DNA of 64,000 bases from Octopus sinensis (lineage: Eukaryota): the NCBI RefSeq assembly GCF_006345805.1, contig NW_021833027.1, positions 32,867 through 96,866 on the forward strand. Direction: 5' to 3'. The notes beneath the pieces are model-generated. The model was not told where the DNA came from and made no database searches. It was given only the letters and a program-made list of their open reading frames with translations. This document shows positions 1-8,629 of this stretch, in pieces (the stretch's first letter is position 1; each line of letters opens with the position of its first letter). Both the position numbers and the translations under genes were made by a program.

Positions 1-260
1 AAATAAGTACCAGTTACACACTGGGTCGATGTAATCGACTTAATACCTATGTCTGTCCTTGTTTGTCCTCTCTGTGTTTAGCCCCTTGTGGGTAGTAAAG
101 AAATAGGTATTTTGCCCATCTTTAAATTCTGAGTTCAAATTCCACCAGGGTCATCATTGCCTTTCATCCGCTCAGGGTCGATAAAATAAGTACCAGTCGA
201 GCACTGGAGTCAATATGATTGCCTAGCCCTACAACCTCCAAATATGCTGGCCTTTTGCCA
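1..260 (+). mobile_element. Fragments of abundant tRNA-derived SINE family B
   Basis: Contains ttctgagttcaaattcc...gcctttcatcc...ggtcgataaaataagtaccag, which recurs many times in the window (7297, 11625, 12035, 27590, 41483, 57520). Confidence 0.75.
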
Positions 261-363
261 AAATTTGAAACCGACATCTTTGTTTTTGTTTTTGTTGTTG
301 TTGTTGATGTTGTCGTTGTTGCCATTAAGTTACAGTCCTGAGTTTTGTAAACTCTCTTACACT

Positions 364-770
364 TTACTCTTTTACTTGTTTCAGTCATTTGACTGTGACC
401 ATGCTGGAGTACCGACTTTAAGTCAAGCAAATTGACCCCAGGACTTATTTTTTGTATGCCTAGTACTTATTCTATCAGTCCCTTTTGCCGAACTGCTAAG
501 TTACAGGGACGTAAACACACCAGCATCAGTTGTCAAGCGATGTTGGGTGGGGGGGGGGGACAAACACAGACACACAAACACACACACATATATCTATACA
601 TATACATATATACGACGGGCTTCTTTCAGTTTCTGTCTGCCAAATCCACTCACAAGGCTTTGGTCGGCCCGAGGCTATAGTAGAAGACACTTGTCCAAGG
701 TGCCAAGCAGTGGGACTGAACCTGGAACCATGTGGTCGGTAAGCAAGCTACTTACCACACAACCACTCCT
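364..770 (-). mobile_element. Full-length tRNA-derived SINE family A (CORE-like domain; resembles described octopus SINEs)
   Basis: On the minus strand: tRNA-like head ggagtggttgtgtggtaag...ggttcagtccc, then ccttggacaagtgtcttctactatagcc (CORE-like), an internal (TA/TG)n tract, and the tail gactgaaacaagtaaaagag. Near-identical copies at 51061, 55599, 56962 and 58457. Confidence 0.85.
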
Positions 771-916
771 TTCAGAACATTGGTGTGAATGCGTTGTTGT
801 ACTGGATCTGGCTGTCTGGTCCCTGAGTTCAAATCTTCCTGAAGTCAACCCTATTTTTTATCCTTTTAAGATCAATTCTTCTCTTTCTCTATCTGTCTGT
901 CTGTCTGTCTTCTCTT

Positions 917-950
<34 letters not shown>

Positions 951-1277
951 GCTCGCTCTGAAATAGCTAAAATTGCACCATGGGATTGGCTGATCAAGGG
1001 TGGGTATTAGTATACTGTCAGATGACAGTGCCCACTAATGCCAGCTGGAGCAACACATCAAATAAAGTGCATCTTAGTTGCAGCAATAAAAAAAGGTAAA
1101 CCGTGCAGAAAGTTAGACAGAAAAGAAAAATGTTTCTGAAGTCAATGAAGTACTAGTACCAGTAATATTCTGGTACTGAATTATAAATCCAAATAATACA
1201 GTTCTATATTTAAGAGATGAGGAATTATATACATTGTTTACATTTGATGGATATTTGTCTTCATCTTGTTTGTTGTT

Positions 1278-1323
1278 AACACAACATTTCGGCTGATATA
1301 CCCTCCAGCTTTCATCAGGTGTC
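1278..1323 (-). ncRNA. Second, slightly degenerate hammerhead motif (inverted copy)
   Basis: Reverse complement reads gacacCTGATGAaAGCTGgagggtatatCAGCCGAAAtgttgtgtt. The stem II closing pair is mismatched (A-C). Confidence 0.5.
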
Positions 1324-1400
1324 AGGGAGAAATTTTGAACCTGGGTTCTCATTCCTAAGCTATTTTCCCAATGTTATTGTTATTATTATTATTATTATAA

Positions 1401-1474
1401 TTCAGTTCACTGCCTGGAATCGAACACGGAATCTTGGGCTTGGTAGCCCGTGCTCTTAACCACTATGCCATATG
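1401..1474 (-). mobile_element. tRNA-derived SINE head (not a functional tRNA)
   Basis: Minus strand tggcatagtggttaagagc (A box) ... gttcgattcc (B box). The anticodon loop is non-canonical and the acceptor stem is not intact. Confidence 0.6.
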
Positions 1475-1476
1475 TT

Positions 1477-1513
<37 letters not shown>

Positions 1514-1566
1514 TTGATATCGAAAAATGCCTTAGGAATGAGAACGCAGGTTCAAAATTTCCTCAA

Positions 1567-1612
1567 GACACCTGATGAAGGCTGGAGGGTATATCAGCCG
1601 AAATGTTGTGTT
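1567..1612 (+). ncRNA. Minimal type I hammerhead ribozyme motif
   Basis: GACAC-CTGATGA-A-GGCTG(gagggtatat)CAGCC-GAAA-T-GTT-GTGTT: stem I GACAC/GTGTT, intact core CUGAUGA...GAAA, perfect 5 bp stem II, vestigial stem III, candidate GUU cleavage triplet. Confidence 0.65.
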
Positions 1613-1794
1613 AACAACAAACAAGATGAGGACAAATATCTGTTAAATGTAAATAATGTAAATAATGTATAAATCTGAAATTGAATAATTAAGATAATGA
1701 CACAAATTTAATTCAAAAATACAGAAATAAAGCATTAATAAATGAATGACCACAAAGATAAAAATATACATATATACACTTAAATATATATATC

Positions 1795-1975
1795 ATCATC
1801 ATCATCATCGTTTAACGTCCGTTTTCCATGCTGGCATGGGTCGGACAGTTTGACTGGGGACTGGCAAGCCAGGAAGCTGCACATGGCTCTAATGTGATCC
1901 GTTCAGATGGTGCTTTTTCACATGTCAGTGGCACAGGGAGCCAGTCAGGCGGCACTGGCACAACTACAATTTCTA
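1795..1975 (-). mobile_element. 3' tail fragment of RTE-related SINE/LINE (family C, (GAT)n tail)
   Basis: catcatcgtttaacgtccgttttccatgctggcatggg.. recurs at 3595, 4650, 53250, 56030-56195, 57360-57470, 62960-63118 and 63885-64000. Confidence 0.7.
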
Positions 1976-1994
1976 TTTTTTTATTTCAAGTTGA

Positions 1995-2031
1995 TTCAGA
2001 CTCTTAATGTTATTTTGATATATATCTATAT

Positions 2032-2074
<43 letters not shown>

Positions 2075-2432
2075 TACATACAATACATAACATACATATA
2101 TATTATACATACATATACATATACATATATATATATACACATACATACATATACATATACATATATATATATATACATACATATACATATACATATGTAC
2201 ATACATATACATATACATATATATATATACACACATACATACATATATATATACACACATACATATATATATACACATACATACATATATATATACATAT
2301 ACATATATATATATACATATACATATATATATATACATAATATATATACATATATACATATACATATATATATATACATAAAAAACTACATATATATATA
2401 TACATATATATATATATTATATATATATTATA

Positions 2433-2467
<35 letters not shown>

Positions 2468-2475
2468 GCATGTAT
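1995..2475. repeat. (TA)n/(TACA)n compound microsatellite
   Basis: Direct inspection. It generates the Y/I/M/C-rich spurious ORFs. Confidence 0.95.
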
Positions 2476-3189
2476 GTACAGGATTTATTGGTCCCCGAGA
2501 GGGCAAAAAGGGCAAATGAACAACAGTTTGATGGGATTATAGACAAATAAGATGCTGCAATGGTATTTTTATCTGAGTGGTCACCCAAATGGTCAACTGA
2601 CAGATACATGGTTCAATTTCTCTCAGTGGATGTTTGTTACTCTTGTCTTTCTTAAACTGGTGATTTTATAATATGTAATCATTATTTTTTTATACCAACA
2701 TCATTATCATCATCATCATCATCATTATCATCACTACCATCACTACTATCACAAGCGCCAGCACAATTGTTTTTGCTGACATCATCTTCACCAACATTCA
2801 AGATTAATTATCGTTAGCACCATCACAACCATCTCGACACCATCACCACCATCATCACTATCGCCACCACCACCATACTATCACCACCATCATCACAATC
2901 ACTATCACCATCATCACAATCACCACCACCACCACCACCACAAACACTACTGTCTTCACCATCATCACAAACATTATTACAACTGCCATCACCATCACCA
3001 CCACCACCACCACCACAAATACCACCACTACCACCACCACCACCACAAACACTACTGCCATCACCAACATCATAATTATCATCACCATCACCATCAGATT
3101 GATGTTTTTACCATTCTTGCAGAGGTTGGCTGAGAGTTCTTTAGCATAGCATCTTGCCACTTGTAGCCCAGTCCTTCATCTGCTTAATA

Positions 3190-3361
3190 ACAGCTTCTTG
3201 AGATCATTGGCCAAAAGGAGGGTCAGCCTGTGGAGTGCAGTCGTCATCCTTCAGCCCCCATGTCTTCTCTGGTCTTCCTCTTCCAGGTTCCTCCAACTTG
3301 TGTTGCTTGGCACTTCTTTAGGCAACTGTCATCCTCCATACACAAACACATACATCATCAA

Positions 3362-3412
<51 letters not shown>

Positions 3413-3485
3413 CACCATCTTCACCATCACCATCACCATCATCATCATCCTCACCATCATCATCATCATCATCACCATCACCATC

Positions 3486-3520
<35 letters not shown>

Positions 3521-4040
3521 CACCATCTTCTTCATCATCATCCTCACCATCATCATCATCATCTTCATCATAATCATCATCATCATCATCATCGTCATCG
3601 TTTAACGTCCTCTTTCCATGCTGGCATGGGTCTGGGTCGGACGGTTTGACTGGGAACTGTACAACCAAAGTCTTCTCTCTTGCATACAACATCTAACTCT
3701 CTTCTTGCATCCAATTTTCCTCTCACCTCATTAAACTTTTTATCATCCATGCTCACTAACGTTACACATTGAGTGCTACACGCTTGCTTCATTTCTTCCC
3801 ATCTTTCACGCCACTGCATTCCTCGCATTAAGTGCTCGTATTTTACTACCATGCAACAGAGCACTTCACAACACTTAAATCACACGCTCCACTCTTCACT
3901 CACACTCGGTAGAAGTAATATCACTCTGACCTTTTTTTTCGGCTCACTCATACTCAGGCTCGCTATGCTTTCGGAACAGCTTCGTTTGCTTCTGTTTTGG
4001 TCACCAAGGTAACAGAAGCCAGCAAACTATGTCTATTGAG
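3190..4040 (-). mobile_element. Decayed RTE-clade LINE reverse-transcriptase C-terminal fragment, interrupted by a nested insertion
   Basis: Manual minus-strand translation across stops and frameshifts gives FCYLGDQNRSKRSCSESIA, ALLHGSK, GRNEASV*HSMCNVS, QERRLWLY, then after the insertion MEDDSCLKKCQ and GRGRPEKTW. These match the typical RTE motifs YLG, LYGSETW, RRLRWYGHV-RM and RGRPRKTW in order. Confidence 0.8.
3355..3655 (-). repeat. Expanded (CAT/CAC)n tail plus truncated family C element inserted into the RTE fragment
   Basis: It splits the RTE reading frame between RRL-W-Y and the (H)VLRM-equivalent. It is also the source of the poly-His/Asp/Met ORFs. Confidence 0.75.
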
Positions 4041-4270
4041 CAACTAAGCATTTGGAAAAAAGTTCCTTTTATGGATTGGGCTACTACAGCTAGTTTAATC
4101 AATCATATGCATTTGGTGCAAACTAAGTCATTCTTAGAGTCAACCTGCCTGTGAACCTGCAGCAAGAGGGGGGAGGAGAAGAAAGAGAAAAGAAATTGAG
4201 AGAGAGTGGGAGAGAGAGCAAAAGCAGTGCTGTGTAAGAGATGGTACTATATATATATATATATATATAC

Positions 4271-4500
4271 TTTATTTAAAGCAGCAGAAAATTCAACAAA
4301 ACCTGTTACTCTGAGTTTCCCGTTGCCGTTCGGCGGACAGTTTTTTCTAGCAAAAACTGTCCGACGAACAGCAACGGGAAACTCAGAGTAACAGGTTTTG
4401 TCGAATTTTCTGCTGCTTTAAATAAAGCATATTACTCTACCACTGGTATTGAGTACCCTTTTTTCCACCTTGTTTCACATTTATGTGTTTACTCCGGTAT
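4271..4500. mobile_element. Fold-back repeat element: about 155 bp imperfect palindrome plus unique tail
   Basis: tttatttaaagcagcagaaaattcaacaaaacctgttactctgagtttcccgttg... is mirrored to 4426, followed by gcatattactctaccactggtat... The same organisation occurs at 62780-62957. Confidence 0.75.
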
Positions 4501-4641
4501 ATATATATATATATATATATAAAGGGAGAGACAATAGGGGGAGGGATTGGAAAGGAAACAGGAGTTTAGTGCTCCAGCATGGCCACAGTCAAATGACTGA
4601 AACAAGTAAAAGAGCAAAGAGCAAGAGCATATATATATATC

Positions 4642-4703
4642 TCATCATCATCATCATCGTTTAACGTCTATGGAAAACGGACGTTAAATGATGATGATGA
4701 TGA
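4642..4703. repeat. Head-to-head palindrome of family C 3' tails
   Basis: tcatcatcatcatcgtttaacgtc-tatggaaaacg-gacgttaaatgatgatgatga, with 1 mismatch in the stem. Confidence 0.8.
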
Positions 4704-4716
4704 TATATATATATAA

Positions 4717-4749
<33 letters not shown>

Positions 4750-5239
4750 CAGAGAGAGAGAGAGAGAGAGAGACAAAGAGAGGGAGAGAAAGAGAGATAA
4801 TAGTGATGTGATGTAGAGAGAAAGCATCTTTTGTACTTTAATCACTTCAAATTGTTATGTTTCTGTGACTAGCTTCCTATCCCGGTAGAGTATTATCTAT
4901 TTCATCTGTTTAACATCCATGTGTCTACTAATTCTGTGTACCTAAACACTGACCTTCTGTGACCCTAAATAAAGTATAGAACAGCCCCCTTTAACGAAAG
5001 CCTGTAATTTAAGGCTACGGCAGAAACCCCTTCATATACTAGTGTGTGTTAACTGTGTAGACTTTTGTTTGTTTTTGTTTTTTGGGGTTTTTTTGCTTCT
5101 TATTTGGTTTCTTCTGTTTATTTGCAGTTTATGCAAATTCTCATTGAAGTGATCTGTGAACCATTTAAAGGAGTCGGGGTGGGGGTTATGTGATGTAGGA
5201 GCAAACTTATAAACTAATGGCTAGTAAAAAGAGTCTGAA

Positions 5240-6349
5240 ACAATGTTTTTAGTTAATTTATTTTGAATTTAATTTATTTTCAGATAAAATTTATATTTTT
5301 AAAAAAATAGAAAAGAAAAAATAACAGAAAGTTTGAATTAATATCACGCATTTTCCAAAAGGAAAGTTAAGAAAAATGTTTTTGAAACTGTTTAGAGTTC
5401 CATTTTTTCCTTCTTCTTCAGACAAATAGTTTCTTGAGAAACTATTTAATCTTGTTTTGTTCGTTAGAATGTTTCATTGAATCATGAATAAGAGCATTTT
5501 CCAATTGATTCCATGTTTTTCCTAAGGCAAGAAGGTAAAAGTTGTAGAGCTCTGGAGATCATATTAGATATAAACTCATAGAGATGTTCTGAATTCCAAA
5601 ATGTTGTTATGGTTGAAGAATTAGAACACCAGTAGGTGTGGTAAGTATATATGCATTTGACAGAGGGATCAAAGGTCGAAAAGTTGACCTCACCCTTGAC
5701 ATGTTCAATTTGTAGAGTTGATCACCCACTAAAGCATTCAATAGGTTGGCTTTGTGCAATAGGAATGCTTCAATGGAGCTGGCTGGCATTACCAAAAATA
5801 GCAGCAGGAATGATTACTCCATCATGTTATTTTTCTTTAAACGCCAATGGAACAGAATCACAACTGAAGTTATGGAATCACATTAATCAAGGACTGATTT
5901 TCTCAGCCTTCAGAAGTTTCCAAAGGACAGGATTATGCCACAGCATACACGGTGCCGCTCTCAGTAAACAGAGACTATCACTGCTACTATTCCGTATGAA
6001 ATAGGTAGCAAAGTCTTTCTTGTCTGGGACCGCCTTTAGAAAGTCAATGAACGCACAACTGTAAGGCATACAGTTGGAAACTGACACAAAGAATCCCATG
6101 GCAATTCCACGTGACATACGATAGTGGGTCTTAGCCAGAATTTCTTCAATTCTTTGTACGCAAGTTTCATTAACATCCTTGAGAAGGATTTCACCAAAGC
6201 AAAACTGTAATGGACTTTCAGGATTGGAGCCAATTTCTAGCATTCAAATATTATATTTGAAAGACTTCTGGCCATTTGGTATTTCCTTATTCTTCACCGA
6301 TATTATCTAGTATATTTAGTTTTAACTTTGATTTCACTCCTTTTTTTCT
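5240..6349 (-). other. Putative 3'UTR of the BH3-only gene
   Basis: About 1.1 kb of repeat-free unique sequence directly downstream of the candidate stop. Minus-strand AATAAA hexamers lie at 5257-5262, 5273-5278 and 5117-5122. No transcript data are available. Confidence 0.35.
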
Positions 6350-6376
6350 TTAATTCCCTTTAATTTCCATTCCGTT
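6350..6376 (-). CDS. Candidate terminal coding exon of the BH3-only gene (NGMEIKGN-stop)
   Basis: Nearest downstream minus-strand acceptor is gatacc-tttttt-ctaaacgtag|AAC GGA ATG GAA ATT AAA GGG AAT TAA, giving a 152 bp intron (6377-6528) whose phase 0 matches the BH3 exon donor. Other acceptors are possible. Confidence 0.35.
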   Translation of the reverse strand, partial: NGMEIKGN

Positions 6377-6528
6377 CTACGTTTAGAAAAAAGGTATCAC
6401 AGGTAGTAAATTAGCTGGCACTAATTGTTATTTCCAATTGACAAAATCAGAGTGAAATTAGCTGTAAGTCTGCAGGTGAGACTAAAATTGACCAAGTTTG
6501 CAGTGACATGCATATTCCATCTACTTAC

Positions 6529-6743
6529 TTGGTGGTGTGAATGGTGGCGATTCTGGTAATACTCGTCACTAATTCTCCGAAGTTCCTGTCCAATCGCACG
6601 GATGTGTTCATGCCGACGAAGAGGCACTTCAGGTAATGAGTGCGCTCTGTCCCGTGGTACTGGCACCAAATCTGGCAGTGGATCTTGCCGTGGTGAAACG
6701 CTAGAATCTTCTCCTTCGGAGTATAACCGACGCGACACACTAC
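6529..6743 (-). CDS. Internal coding exon of a BH3-only, BAD-like pro-apoptotic BCL-2 family protein: (x)SVSRRLYSEGEDSSVSPRQDPLPDLVPVPRDRAHSLPEVPLRRHEHIRAIGQELRRISDEYYQNRHHSHHQ
   Basis: Minus-strand acceptor tttctcattttcttttcaattacag|GT (AG at 6745-6744) and donor CAA|GTAAGT (GT at 6528-6527). The exon is 215 bp = 2 + 71 codons, phase 1 in and phase 0 out, with no stops. BH3 at 6559-6594 (I-G-Q-E-L-R-R-I-S-D-E-Y) matches human BAD YGRELRRMSDEF at 8/12 and BIM IAQELRRIGDEF at 9/12. RxRxxSxP motif at 6631-6654. Orthology is not proven, so no symbol is given. Confidence 0.85.
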
Positions 6744-6865
6744 CTGTAATTGAAAAGAAAATGAGAAATACAGTTAGACATATATTTTAGACATCTTCAG
6801 CAAAATAATTATTTATCACAAAAAATTTCAAATGAGATATCTATGCATATACATATATATATATA

Positions 6866-7280
6866 TATATATATCGGGAAAGTTTACGAAAATTAACAAA
6901 AGATGAAGGCAGGTGGAGTACAAACAAACAAATGTATTAGTATAGCGCTCAGGAATAGAAATAGAAAAAGTCTTTTACGTTTCGAGCCTACGCTCTTCGA
7001 CAGAAAGATACACAGAAAAAAACAAGGAGAGAAAAAAATGCATGTAGGAGCTAACAATCTATCATGGCGTCCTGACTTCGGACATTTCGCTTTTGGATTT
7101 GGTTTGCAAGATTCTTTATATGAGTTCGTGTGTTGAAGCATATTCTGTTGTGTCTGGGGAGAGTAATTTTCTTTTTGTGCCTTATAATTTAACACACTCA
7201 CTGGTAAAATTTCCACTTATTTCTTATTTTTATTTTCCTAAAATTTTCGTTGCGTCTTGCAGAAAATTTTAGGAAAATTT
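6866..7280. mobile_element. Penelope-like element fragment (second family) in the intron 5' of the BH3 exon
   Basis: Contains a hammerhead-like motif and ends in a short inversion (cctaaaattttc/gaaaattttagg). Homologous sequence occurs at 17525-17728. Confidence 0.6.
6971..7008 (-). ncRNA. Minimal type I hammerhead-like motif with a variant core (CUGUCGA)
   Basis: Minus strand TCTTT-CTGTCGA-A-GAGC(GTAG)GCTC-GAAA-C-GTA-AAAGA: stem I TCTTT/AAAGA, 4 bp stem II, GUA triplet. The core has A6 changed to U. Confidence 0.55.
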
Positions 7281-7296
7281 ATTTATCAGGACCGAA

Positions 7297-7503
7297 AAAT
7301 TAAGTACCAGAGAAACACTGGGGTCGATGTAATCGACTATTACCTCCCCCGAATTTCAGGCCTTGTGCCTATAGTAGAAAGGGCTATTATTATAATTATT
7401 ATCGTCTTTATAAAGGTGGCGAGCTGGCAGAATTGTTAGCACGCTGGGCAAGATGCTTTGCGGCATTTCATTCACCTTTACGTTCAATGTCGAAATTATG
7501 CCG
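7297..7503 (+). mobile_element. SINE family B fragments (3' part followed by a head)
   Basis: aagtaccag...ggggtcgatgtaatcgact...ggccttgtgcctatagtagaaagg and aaggtggcgagctggcagaattgttagcacg. Confidence 0.75.
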
Positions 7504-7860
7504 AGAGGGAGAGAGAGTAAGAGAGAGAGACAGACGTAGCAAGACAGAGACAGAGGGAAGAGAGATAGAGATAGAGAGAAAGAGACAGACATAGCAAGAC
7601 ACGGAGAGGGAGATAGATAGAGAGAGAGAAACAGATAGACATAGCAAGGCAGAGGGAGAGAGATAGAGACAGACAGATATAGCAAGACAGAGAGGGAGAT
7701 AGATAGAGAGAGAGAGAGAAACAGACAAACATAGCAAGATAGAGGCAGAGGAAGAGAGATAGAGAGAGAGAGAGAGAGAAGCAGGCAGGTATAGCAAGAC
7801 AAAGAGAGGGAGATAGATAGAGAGAGAAAGAATGAGTGACACAGATCAAACGGCAGTGTA

Positions 7861-7902
7861 TCACGTGACCCAATATTACGAGCAGACGATGCATCACGTG
7901 AC
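7861..7902. promoter_or_regulatory. Paired extended E-boxes (ATCACGTGAC x2) in a small CpG cluster
   Basis: TCACGTGAC at 7861-7869 and 7894-7902, both preceded by A. The consensus resembles bHLH-ZIP (USF/TFE/SREBP) sites. Function is untested. Confidence 0.4.
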
Positions 7903-8584
7903 TAACAGACGCGCGCAGAAGGCAAACACCTGTCTTTCAATGATGTTGCTATTGTGTTATGTCATAGTTAAGATGTGTCATAATTCTAACATTTATTTGG
8001 TCTTTGTCATACGCACATACATACACATACACATTTGTGTGCATATACAATCTCTTTTGCACACTAAGACGGATAATCAACGAGCTACGTACACACAATG
8101 CATGCACACACATACACACGATACATGCACGCACATACACACACAGAGAAATGCATATACATACACAGACACACATAAACTTATATATGCTCGTAGATAC
8201 AAAAATGTTACATGCAGACACAGAAGGCCCAATAAAACACACACACACACAAAATTGCAGATACCTAAACATATATTTTCGTGTACGTGAGCTCCGTACA
8301 AAATATTTATGCACGGTGCCCCAGCATGGCCACAGCTCGTGAGCTGAAACTAGAATCAATCAAACACACAGACATGCATAGACAGAGACACACACACACA
8401 GACATGCGTACACACAGAGACACACACACAGACATGCGTACACAGAGACACACACACACAGATATGCGTACACAGACACACACATGCAAACATAGAAGAG
8501 GTGGGAGGAGGATAAAGTAAGAGATATAAAGAGAAAAAGAGAGAAATAGGCAGACGAGAAAAGGGGTTAGAAAGAGATGTAATA

Positions 8585-8629
<45 letters not shown>

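Larger units (their letters stand above)
1230..1660. mobile_element. Penelope-like element terminus present as an inverted pair (arms about 1230-1359 and 1531-1660)
   Basis: Two arms of about 130 bp are reverse complements, each carrying a hammerhead core. They flank a tRNA-like head and a (TAA)n tract. Inverted terminal segments plus hammerheads are established Penelope-like element features. Confidence 0.65.

Noticed and set aside
1401-1474. Possible tRNA genes (also the heads at 11323, 21505, 61767 and 63160)
   Set aside because: A and B boxes are present, but the cloverleafs are incomplete and run directly into SINE bodies.
5651-6004. 117 aa plus-strand ORF
   Set aside because: It has no homology or splice context and lies antisense to the presumed 3'UTR. 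It starts at an alternative start codon and is compatible with chance.
6421-6528. C-terminal part of ORF 6421-6738 (VSRWNMHVTANLVNF...)
   Set aside because: It begins exactly at a consensus GTAAGT donor, so it is treated as intron read-through rather than protein.
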